Shown here: piece after piece, positions 10,527 to 18,459 of the stretch
Layout: every line of letters begins with the position of its first letter
Position numbering within the stretch: the stretch's first letter is position 1
Source: Syntrophales bacterium
Lineage (GTDB): Bacteria; Desulfobacterota; Syntrophia; Syntrophales; UBA2210
DNA: 64,000 bases
Direction: 5' to 3'
Assembly: GCA_963662405.2 (NCBI GenBank)
Contig: CAXXKT010000001.1
Coordinates: forward strand, 672,001 to 736,000
Translations under genes and position numbers: made by a program
The notes under the pieces: generated by a model
What the model was told of the DNA's origin: nothing
The model's database searches: none
What the model saw: only the letters and a program-made list of their open reading frames with translations

Positions 10527-10542
10527 TGGCATAGCTTGTGCT
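10527..10542 (+). promoter_or_regulatory. Sigma-54 (-24/-12) promoter for the 10.6-19.5 kb operon
   Basis: TGGCATAGCTTGTGCT is GG-N10-GC. Confidence 0.7.
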
Positions 10543-10590
10543 CAGGGGGTGGGGAGAGCTTCTATTATTGCAAAAGGATCATCAGGCGAC

Positions 10591-10983
10591 GTGAATAACC
10601 CAACGGCCCTTCATGGAACAAGAATATTGCTTATCGATGATGACCAGTGGATCAGAGACTCCATGACTTTGTACTTTGAAGCGGAAGGATGTCATGTCCG
10701 ATCTTTTGCCACGGCTGAGGAAGGCCTGCCTGTCTTTCAGGACGATATGTGGGATGTGATCATAGTCGATTATCACCTGCCGGGTATGGATGGATTGATG
10801 ATGCTCGATCAGATTCAGAACCGCCAGGAAGGAGTCATAAAGGTCCTGATTACCGCGTATACAAGTGATACGGCTATTTCACGTGCCCGTGACGTCGGTG
10901 TCAACGCTTTTATCGAAAAACCATTTACGGCGGATGACATTGAGACGACGCTTGTGCGACTGCTTCACGAGCGAAGTGCCTGA
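10591..10983 (+). CDS. Single-domain response regulator (receiver)
   Basis: LLIDDD..IVDYHLPGMDG..ITAY..FIEKPF. Start taken at GTG 10591 because the ORF-track start at 10549 falls before the likely transcription start. Confidence 0.88.
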   Translation: MNNPTALHGTRILLIDDDQWIRDSMTLYFEAEGCHVRSFATAEEGLPVFQDDMWDVIIVDYHLPGMDGLMMLDQIQNRQEGVIKVLITAYTSDTAISRARDVGVNAFIEKPFTADDIETTLVRLLHERSA

Positions 10984-11060
10984 GAGGCGGGCGATGGATT
11001 GGTCCGGTAAGACTGTCCATGGTGCGTTGAACGAATATCATGTGATGAGAGGTAGAAACC

Positions 11061-12896
11061 ATGAATAGAAAATCTTATGTCAGATCTGTTCTTCTGATCG
11101 TAGCCGGCATACTGCTGAACCTGGGCATTACATATGTGATCGAATGCTTGGAGGGATCAGTGCCGTTCGATCATGTCGGGACTGTCTTTGTGGCAATCCT
11201 TGGCGGACCGATTGTGGGTGCTGTGGTGGGGCTGGTGAGTGTTCTGCTGTCTGCATTGCTGCAGTATGGGATTGGACTCATCGATGGGATGAACAGTGTC
11301 AACGGGGCCATATTGGGATGCCTTGTTGGCTGGCTGGCAGGACGCGGATTTTTCAAGGAATTTTGGAAAGCGATCGTCCTGGCCGTCGTGGCGGTGTTTG
11401 TGTATGCCTCCATTGTCATGCTCATTGTCACCTATGTCAGGATGACCGGATTCGGTGTGGGGTTCTGGTCCGGTATTGCCGAAGCATTCGCTTACCCCCT
11501 GGCGGTCATGAAAGATTTTATGGGGACCCTCTGGTTTGTCTTTCTCGATAAATTCTTCACCGTCCTGATCTTGTGGGCCTTTTTCAAACTGGTAGGGACG
11601 ATGCTTTTTCGGGGTGTGGCCCAAAATCCACCCACCCTTCCGGCAGCCATTAACACACAGAAGCTCGGAACAAAGCTTGCGGAAATCCCGATCGTGGGTC
11701 CTGTCTGGAAGAAGTTCGTACGTCTGGTCACTATCGTATATGTCGATTATGTTCCCCAATTTCAAAAAGGGAGCGAAACGGTAAAAACGCTCAAGACCTC
11801 GGAGGAGGAACAATACATGTTTAATCAGTACAGAGGATATGGTTTCAGATTACCGCAAAACATTTCGGAGTGGAACAAGGTCAAGGTGCAACTTGTTATC
11901 GGAACGATTCAGTTCGCCGGGGCGAATCATGATCTGCTCAATAAGGAGACAGTGGCACAACAGCTGAATCTCGGCATCGATGAAGTCACCAAGCGGATCG
12001 TCAGGATGTATAACGATCATCTTCTCTTGGTCCCCACCGATGCGGCGTTACAGACTGTTGGTTTTGCGCTGTTCTACATGGTGGTGAAACTGAAGAAGGG
12101 GACGTCTGACAAAAGGAAACAGGAAATATCAGCAATGATCCGCGACAACGATTATGCCTGCACCAGTTTTGAAACAGCGGGTGATTATGATTTCTTCCTG
12201 GGTGCTCATATTACGACCATTGATAACCTCTATAAAACTGTTTTGAAAGAGCTGTATGCCTTACCGGAGCTTGAGGAGCTGACACTGCTTCCGGTCCAGC
12301 GCATGTTGCGGCAGGAGCGTTTGAATCACTGGGATATGAAGACGGATCTGTGGCGGGAAGCGGCATTGATCGAGGGGGAATTGGATAAGCTGGCAGCGAT
12401 TCAGAGTGCACTGGACAAGACGGATCTCAAGATCCTTGAGGTGCTGATGAAGAAACGGGAGATCACCGAATATCTGAATGTCAATTTCCTGTCGAAGAAA
12501 AAAGAGGCAGGCGAGGCGATACTGCGGACACTTGATGAGAAGCGCCTTTTCGTATCACCGGTATTCCTGAATTGGATGAAGCTCAATTATAAGCCCTATT
12601 TCTTTGTCGTCAAATTCAATGAAAAGACCGACTGTGACAAAAAGATAGAACTATCGGACCATCTGGTTGAGACATATCCGGAGTTCAATCTCGCCCTTCA
12701 AGTGACTGATACTTACTATGATTTGTTCCTCGGGAGTTATCAAGGATTGGCGAATGTCGAGGCCGTGAAGAAGGCACTCAAAGAAACACCGGGAGTTGAA
12801 GATGTCAGAGAGATGGTTGCGACACGGCAGCATCGGATGTGGACGACCAAACTATCGGAAGAGAACTGGGGTGAATGCGTCATGATGTGGGAGTAG
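11061..12896 (+). CDS. ECF S-component-like membrane domain fused to tandem Lrp/AsnC-like (wHTH + ferredoxin-like) domains; function unknown
   Basis: N-terminal ~180 aa has ~5-6 hydrophobic segments with PFDHVGTVFVAILGGPIVGAVVG..FLDK. C-terminal part has VAQQLNLGIDEVTKRIVRM, FETAGDYDF and LDKTDLKILEVL, and is paralogous to 15956-17137. Confidence 0.6.
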   Translation: MNRKSYVRSVLLIVAGILLNLGITYVIECLEGSVPFDHVGTVFVAILGGPIVGAVVGLVSVLLSALLQYGIGLIDGMNSVNGAILGCLVGWLAGRGFFKEFWKAIVLAVVAVFVYASIVMLIVTYVRMTGFGVGFWSGIAEAFAYPLAVMKDFMGTLWFVFLDKFFTVLILWAFFKLVGTMLFRGVAQNPPTLPAAINTQKLGTKLAEIPIVGPVWKKFVRLVTIVYVDYVPQFQKGSETVKTLKTSEEEQYMFNQYRGYGFRLPQNISEWNKVKVQLVIGTIQFAGANHDLLNKETVAQQLNLGIDEVTKRIVRMYNDHLLLVPTDAALQTVGFALFYMVVKLKKGTSDKRKQEISAMIRDNDYACTSFETAGDYDFFLGAHITTIDNLYKTVLKELYALPELEELTLLPVQRMLRQERLNHWDMKTDLWREAALIEGELDKLAAIQSALDKTDLKILEVLMKKREITEYLNVNFLSKKKEAGEAILRTLDEKRLFVSPVFLNWMKLNYKPYFFVVKFNEKTDCDKKIELSDHLVETYPEFNLALQVTDTYYDLFLGSYQGLANVEAVKKALKETPGVEDVREMVATRQHRMWTTKLSEENWGECVMMWE

Positions 12897-12964
12897 CAAT
12901 CTCCTCGGCAGCGATGGCATATGAGCGTGGGTGGATGAGTAGTCGGTAGATTTGAGGTTGTAAA

Positions 12965-14191
12965 GTGACAAGCTTCAAGCAGTTTGCAGCACGACAGGCA
13001 TTAAAATTTTATCCTGATTTTCCGGAAGAATTTATAGAATACCTGGTTGAAAAACTTCGATGGGAAAGACTTGGATGGTTCCAGGGGAGAGTGATTATTA
13101 ATTCATATTTCCCTCCCATTCCCAGCAGGGCCGTGAATAGTGTCGTGAAGGCCTGGCGTTCAGGGATGAAGGGACGGGTTGTCCCCGAGGTAGCCACGGT
13201 AGCCGTGACCAATAAATGTCCTTATAACTGTCTGTATTGCAGCGTTCCTGACAAGACCGTCAGCGATATGTCTGCAGATCTTCTCAAACGTACGATCGGG
13301 CAGATCCAGGATATGGGAAGTTTCCATATCTCATTGACCGGCGGAGAACCGCTGTTACGCGATGATCTTGAAGATATTATCGCCTCCGTAGACGATCGCT
13401 CCGTGGTAAAGCTCTTTACGACAGGGTATTCTTTGACGAAAGAGCGGGCAAAGGCACTGAAAAAAGCGGGGCTCTTCTCGATCAACATCTCTCTCGACAG
13501 CGGTGATCAAGACATTCACGACCATGGGTGTGGATTTGATGGGGCATTCGATATCGCGTTGCGGGCGATCGAACATGCGAAACAGGCATCTCTCCTGACC
13601 TGCGTGGCGACTGTGGCGTCGCACAACGGTGTCTTGGGTGGAGAAATGAATCAGTTCTTGCGGTTTCTAAAAAAACAAGGTGTCGATGAGGTGTCGATAT
13701 TTGAACCGGCACCGACGGGGAAAATGTCGTTTCATGAGGAACTGCTCTTGAGTGATGACGAGCGAGAGGCATTGCACGATCTGCATAAGGAGATCAACGA
13801 AAGCGCGGACAAGAGATATCCGCGGGTCTTTTCATTCCCCTATGTGGAAGGCGCGGATTATATGGGATGTGGGGCCGGTTGCACACGGTTACATGTGACC
13901 GCACTGGGCCACGTGACGCCCTGTGATTTCACCTCGATTTCGTTCGGAAATATTCAACGAGAAAACATTGAAACGATATGGGACCGGATGAAGAGGTATT
14001 TCAATCAGCCGGACTGCGGTTGTTTTATATGCCATAATTTCAAGGAATTGAGAGGCATGTATGACGATCGGTCCGGTATGGCTGATGGTGATATGCTGGT
14101 AAAGAGAGGTAAGATGATGAAGGAAAGTCATCCACCGGCATTTTATAAATTGTTGATGGTGACGCAAGATACAAAACCAACGATATTTTAG
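12965..14191 (+). CDS. Radical SAM enzyme with SPASM/twitch C-terminus
   Basis: CPYNCLYC, TGGEPLLR, SLD; C-terminal CGAG..G.VTPC..GNI..C.CFIC. Confidence 0.92.
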   Translation: MTSFKQFAARQALKFYPDFPEEFIEYLVEKLRWERLGWFQGRVIINSYFPPIPSRAVNSVVKAWRSGMKGRVVPEVATVAVTNKCPYNCLYCSVPDKTVSDMSADLLKRTIGQIQDMGSFHISLTGGEPLLRDDLEDIIASVDDRSVVKLFTTGYSLTKERAKALKKAGLFSINISLDSGDQDIHDHGCGFDGAFDIALRAIEHAKQASLLTCVATVASHNGVLGGEMNQFLRFLKKQGVDEVSIFEPAPTGKMSFHEELLLSDDEREALHDLHKEINESADKRYPRVFSFPYVEGADYMGCGAGCTRLHVTALGHVTPCDFTSISFGNIQRENIETIWDRMKRYFNQPDCGCFICHNFKELRGMYDDRSGMADGDMLVKRGKMMKESHPPAFYKLLMVTQDTKPTIF

Positions 14192-14201
14192 GAGGAACGA
14201 C

Positions 14202-14450
14202 ATGTCGAATGAGAATGAGGGGAAAATTATAGCAATTATTGCCGAAGTGTTTGAAATGAGTAAGAAAGCAGTGACGAGAGACAAGGATTTCGTCAAGGAT
14301 TTCAAGGCAAAATCGATCAAAATCATAGAGATGTGTGCGATGCTCGAAGATGAGTTCGATATTGAGATCGATATGGAAGACGCGCGAAAAAATGCGACGG
14401 TTGGTGAAGCTATTGACTATACGCTGGAACTTATCGATGCGCAACAGTGA
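14202..14450 (+). CDS. Acyl carrier protein (atypical phosphopantetheine motif)
   Basis: 82 aa; FVKDFKAKSIKIIE..LEDEFDIEI..TVGEAIDY; RBS AGGAGG; acpS nearby. Confidence 0.85.
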   Translation: MSNENEGKIIAIIAEVFEMSKKAVTRDKDFVKDFKAKSIKIIEMCAMLEDEFDIEIDMEDARKNATVGEAIDYTLELIDAQQ

Positions 14451-14468
14451 TACGCGGTTGCTAAGGAG

Positions 14469-15482
14469 GTGACGCTCTTAATGGAGAAGAATAATACATT
14501 CATAGATGATTTGAAGGTTCGTGTCCAGGGAAAAGGAATACGGGTTGTGTTCCCTGAAGCCGAAGAACCTCGTATCCTGAAAGCCGCATCGATCGCACGG
14601 GCTCAAAATATCGCCATTCCCATACTGGTAGGAGATCCGCAAAAGGCACATGATATTGCAAAAGACCACGGCATCGATATTACCGGGATGGAGATCATTC
14701 TTCCCGAGGAATCCGTACAGTTTGATGCCTATGCGGAGACATATCGTGCATCAACGACACTCCGCGAGGGAGCTGTGAGAAGATTGTTAAAAAAACCGGT
14801 TTTCTACGCGGATATGATGGTGAAGGTGGGAGATGCGGATGCCATGGTCGGCGGTGCGGTGTACGAAACGGCGACCGTGATTATGGCGGGAACCATGGTA
14901 ATCGGGATGAAAGAGGGAGCATCCACTCCGTCGAGTTTCTTTGTCATGGATATCCCCGGATTTGAAGGAGGAGAGAACGGCAAACTCATATTCGCGGATT
15001 GTGCTGTGGTCCCGGACCCGAGTGCCGAGGAGTTGGCTGACATCGCCATAGCGAGTGCGGATAGTGCGAAAAAGCTCCTGGGTTGTGTTCCCCGGGTCGC
15101 CATGCTCTCGTTTTCGACGAAGGGGAGCAGCCTGGAGCCCCCGGTTGAAAAGGTTATTCGTGCAACGGAAATAATCAAGGAACGGAGGTCGGATATATTG
15201 GTGGACGGGGAATTACAGGTAGATACCGCCATTGTTCCCGCGATCGCTCAGAAAAAGATCAAGGGGAAAAGCCCCGTTGCCGGTCAGGCCAACGTACTGA
15301 TCTTCCCGGATTTGAACTCGGGGAACATCGGGTACAAACTGGTCCAGCGCCTGGCGGGGGCCGACGCGATCGGTCCTCTCTTGCAGGGATTTGCGAAACC
15401 GGTGTGTGATCTGTCCCGCGGTGCAACCGTGGAGGATATCATTGGTTCGATCGTAATGACGGCGATACAGGCGATCGATTAG
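14469..15482 (+). CDS. pta: Phosphate acetyltransferase / phosphotransacylase
   Basis: VFPEAEEPR, FADCAV, AMLSFSTKGS, DGELQ.D, GNIGYKLVQRL, DLSRG. Confidence 0.92.
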   Translation: MTLLMEKNNTFIDDLKVRVQGKGIRVVFPEAEEPRILKAASIARAQNIAIPILVGDPQKAHDIAKDHGIDITGMEIILPEESVQFDAYAETYRASTTLREGAVRRLLKKPVFYADMMVKVGDADAMVGGAVYETATVIMAGTMVIGMKEGASTPSSFFVMDIPGFEGGENGKLIFADCAVVPDPSAEELADIAIASADSAKKLLGCVPRVAMLSFSTKGSSLEPPVEKVIRATEIIKERRSDILVDGELQVDTAIVPAIAQKKIKGKSPVAGQANVLIFPDLNSGNIGYKLVQRLAGADAIGPLLQGFAKPVCDLSRGATVEDIIGSIVMTAIQAID

Positions 15483-15492
15483 GTTCAGGAAG

Positions 15493-15882
15493 GTGAATCC
15501 CGTGATTTATGGTGTTGGGATCGATATCGAAAAAAAAGATCGTTTGCGAAAGGCATTGGAGCTCAATGAGCGGGCGTTTCTGAAGTATGTGTTCGCCCCG
15601 CAGGAGGTGTCCTATGCACGGAGGCAGGAGGATCTGGTGTCGCATCTGACGGCTATTTTTTCTGCGAAAGAAGCGGTTCTCAAGACCGTGGGTACCGGTT
15701 GGAAAGGCGGGGTCAGGTTGACCGATATTGAGATCTGCCATGATTCTCATGGGAAGCCGGAGGTCGTCTTGTCCGGGAATCTTCAAAGGATAGCTGCCTC
15801 ACGTCATATCACGACAATCATGGTGTCGCTTTCTTATGAGGATACCTATGCGGTTTCTTACGCCGTCGCCCTGACCGGGTAA
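15493..15882 (+). CDS. acpS: Holo-ACP synthase
   Basis: GVGIDI, FSAKEAVLK.VGTG, GKPEV, VSLSYE..YAVS. Confidence 0.9.
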   Translation: MNPVIYGVGIDIEKKDRLRKALELNERAFLKYVFAPQEVSYARRQEDLVSHLTAIFSAKEAVLKTVGTGWKGGVRLTDIEICHDSHGKPEVVLSGNLQRIAASRHITTIMVSLSYEDTYAVSYAVALTG

Positions 15883-15955
15883 GAGCATGTAGCAATAGAG
15901 GGTAGGGAACGTGAAACAAAAGATAAACAAAACGACTGTAAGAGAGGAGAGTCAC

Positions 15956-17137
15956 ATGGGAAAGATTCAAAAAAGATTTGGGTTGCTGTTTGCATTGATT
16001 GTTGCGTGTGTCTTTTTAGTGAGTGTCTCGGTTGTCGGCGCGGAAGATAAGTATTACTGGCCGCCTGAGAGAGGCTACCATAAGCTTTTACCGTTTGCGA
16101 AAGAGTATCTGAAGAAGGAAAACACATCGGGCTATGCATTGGCCAAGGCAACGAGAACGGCGGATATCGTCAACCTCGACTATGTGACGCAAAAGGTAGG
16201 GATCAGCAAGAAAGAGGCGGCAAAACGAATTAACAGAATGTTCGACGAGCACCTCATTCGACTGACGGCGGATTCTCCCATCGATAATCGAGGATTCGGA
16301 CTTTATTATACCGCTATAAAGCTGAAACCCGAAGCAACCCCGGAACAGAAGGCGAAACTATCCGAGATTATGCAGAATGAAGATCATGTCTGCACCGGGT
16401 ACGAGGTGGAAGGTGACTTTGACTTTGTTCCGGCGTTCCATGTGACGACACTGGAGGTGTCCGAAAAATATGTCAGGTCCTATTTCGAAAAGTCAGGTGT
16501 CCTTGAGTCGTATCAGTTGCTTCCCATTCAGAGAATTCTCCGTCAGGAACGTATTAATCATTGGGGTGCTCCGATTTCGATGTGGAATGAGGTCGTATAT
16601 GCCCCCAACGAATTCGAAAAACTTGCCAAGATCCAGGACAAACTGGATATAACGGACCTGAAGATCATAGAGGCGATGCAGGAAAAACGAGCGGCAAAGG
16701 ATTTTTACAACTGGGATTTTGTTGCCAAGAAGACCGGTCTCAAAAAAGACGGCCTGATCAATGGACTTGAGCACGCCTGGGCTGAGCGGATGTTTGTGCT
16801 GCCGGTTTTTATGAACTGGATGAAATTAGGGTACACGAATCACATCTTCTTCGTCAAGATGAGCAGGAAGCTGACCTCGGATGAGAAACTCGCAATCGGT
16901 GACAAATTTGCTGAAAATCCTTCATTTAATCTGGTTTTCCAGTTCAACGACTGTGAGTTCACCTATGCCCTTGGCGCCTGGACAAAACTGACCGACATCG
17001 ATGCCCTCAGAGATGCAATCAAGGGTGTCAGTGGTGTAGAGGGAATCAAGGAAGTCAACCTGACCAGACAGTGGAGGCAGTGGACGTGCCGCCTGGATGA
17101 TGACAACTGGGATAACTGCAAGTATTGCGTCGATTAA
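15956..17137 (+). CDS. Signal-peptide-bearing tandem Lrp/AsnC-like protein; function unknown
   Basis: MGKIQKRFGLLFALIVACVFLVSVSVVGA/EDK is a Sec-like leader. Body has KVGISKKEAAKRINRM, YEVEGDFDF and LDITDLKIIEAM. Shares LP.QR.LRQER.NHW, PVF.NWMKL.Y and RQ.R.WT..L...NW with 11061-12896. Confidence 0.6.
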   Translation: MGKIQKRFGLLFALIVACVFLVSVSVVGAEDKYYWPPERGYHKLLPFAKEYLKKENTSGYALAKATRTADIVNLDYVTQKVGISKKEAAKRINRMFDEHLIRLTADSPIDNRGFGLYYTAIKLKPEATPEQKAKLSEIMQNEDHVCTGYEVEGDFDFVPAFHVTTLEVSEKYVRSYFEKSGVLESYQLLPIQRILRQERINHWGAPISMWNEVVYAPNEFEKLAKIQDKLDITDLKIIEAMQEKRAAKDFYNWDFVAKKTGLKKDGLINGLEHAWAERMFVLPVFMNWMKLGYTNHIFFVKMSRKLTSDEKLAIGDKFAENPSFNLVFQFNDCEFTYALGAWTKLTDIDALRDAIKGVSGVEGIKEVNLTRQWRQWTCRLDDDNWDNCKYCVD

Positions 17138-17150
17138 TGAGTCCTCTATC

Positions 17151-17187
17151 GAAGTGGGTGAGGGATGTGTGTCCCCTCGCCCACTTC
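17151..17187 (+). other. Strong intergenic hairpin without U-tract (mRNA stability/processing element?)
   Basis: GAAGTGGGTGAGGGA..TCCCCTCGCCCACTTC inverted repeat. Confidence 0.5.
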
Positions 17188-17238
17188 ACCCCCTGCAGTA
17201 TGAAAGAAATTCGAATTAGTTGGTAAGGAGTTTGTAAT

Positions 17239-18459
17239 ATGAATATCCTGACGTTTAACTGCGGAAGCTCATCGCTGACGTACAAGATATTTCGAGCCGG
17301 GTCCGATGACGATATAGAGATCGCCGTATCCGGAAAGGCTCACCGTGTCGGTGTTACCGGAAGTGAACCATCTTTCATTGAACACAACTATAACGGACAA
17401 TATGAAAAAAATACACTGCCCATAGCGAGTCATCGGGAAGCCGCGGCGCTTGTATTTCAATATGTAAAAAAAAACGGCATACCCATTGACCTTATCGGTC
17501 ACCGGTTTGTTCATGGTGCAACATATTTCCCGAGGACCGCGATCATTACGGATGAAGCGTTAGAGACGCTTGAAATTTGCCTTCCTTTTGCCCCCCTGCA
17601 CAATCCTATCTCCATGAGTGTCATTAAAGAGTCACGCGCGACGCTCCCTTCGGTGAAGGAATATATTACATTTGACGGGGCATTTCATTCAACCATACCG
17701 GATTATGCCTATACCTATGCGCTACCGGATGAGGTTATCGAACAATATGGATACCGGAAATACGGTTTTCACGGTTTATCCTTCCAGTATGTCAGTGGGG
17801 AATCGGCACGATTTCTGAACGTCCCGCTGGAAGAGTTGAAGTTGGTGATGTGTCATCTCGGTACCGGGGGATCAAGCGTCTGTGCCGTAAAAGACGGTTA
17901 TTCCATAGACAATTCTCTCGGATACACGCCTCTCCCGGGGCTCATCATGAGTACCAGATCGGGTGACATCGATCCAATGGCCGTCATCTTTCTGATGAAC
18001 AACTATGGATATACCCCGGATAACCTGGAGGCCCTTTTGAACAAAAAGGGGGGAATCTTGGGAATATCAGGATTCTCGAGTGATCCGCGCGATATTATCG
18101 AAGCGATCAAGACGGATGAGACAAAACGGGATATCGCACAGCTCGCCCTTGATATGTATGTACAACGGCTGAAAAAATATATCGGCGCCTATATTGCGGT
18201 CATGGGGGGGATTGATGCACTGGTATTTACCGATGATGTCGGGGTCCTGAGCGCGGTGATACGGGAAGAGGTGTGCAAGAGCATGGGCTGGTGCGGAGTT
18301 GAGCTTGATTATGATCTCAATCGAACCGTCGACCCGAAACAGGATTCCATCGTGAGTACGGAGCAATCAAAGGTATACGTCATGACGGTTCCCACAGCCG
18401 AAGAACTGGTTATCTGCCGGGAGGGCCTGAAACTACAAAGAGAAGGAGAAGCAGCATGA
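17239..18459 (+). CDS. ackA: Acetate kinase family protein with Entamoeba-type (PPi-dependent) signatures
   Basis: NCGSSSLTYK, GHRFVHG, APLHNP, KYGFHGLS, HLGTGGSS, TRSGDIDP, FTDDVG, TAEEL. Confidence 0.9.
   Translation: MNILTFNCGSSSLTYKIFRAGSDDDIEIAVSGKAHRVGVTGSEPSFIEHNYNGQYEKNTLPIASHREAAALVFQYVKKNGIPIDLIGHRFVHGATYFPRTAIITDEALETLEICLPFAPLHNPISMSVIKESRATLPSVKEYITFDGAFHSTIPDYAYTYALPDEVIEQYGYRKYGFHGLSFQYVSGESARFLNVPLEELKLVMCHLGTGGSSVCAVKDGYSIDNSLGYTPLPGLIMSTRSGDIDPMAVIFLMNNYGYTPDNLEALLNKKGGILGISGFSSDPRDIIEAIKTDETKRDIAQLALDMYVQRLKKYIGAYIAVMGGIDALVFTDDVGVLSAVIREEVCKSMGWCGVELDYDLNRTVDPKQDSIVSTEQSKVYVMTVPTAEELVICREGLKLQREGEAA

Noticed and set aside
11061..17137. Lrp-like pair plus radical SAM read as the Ahb/Nir heme pathway
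   Set aside because: AhbA/B HNY/HCYxR motifs are missing, the proteins carry membrane or export signals, and the context is ACP/Pta/Ack.
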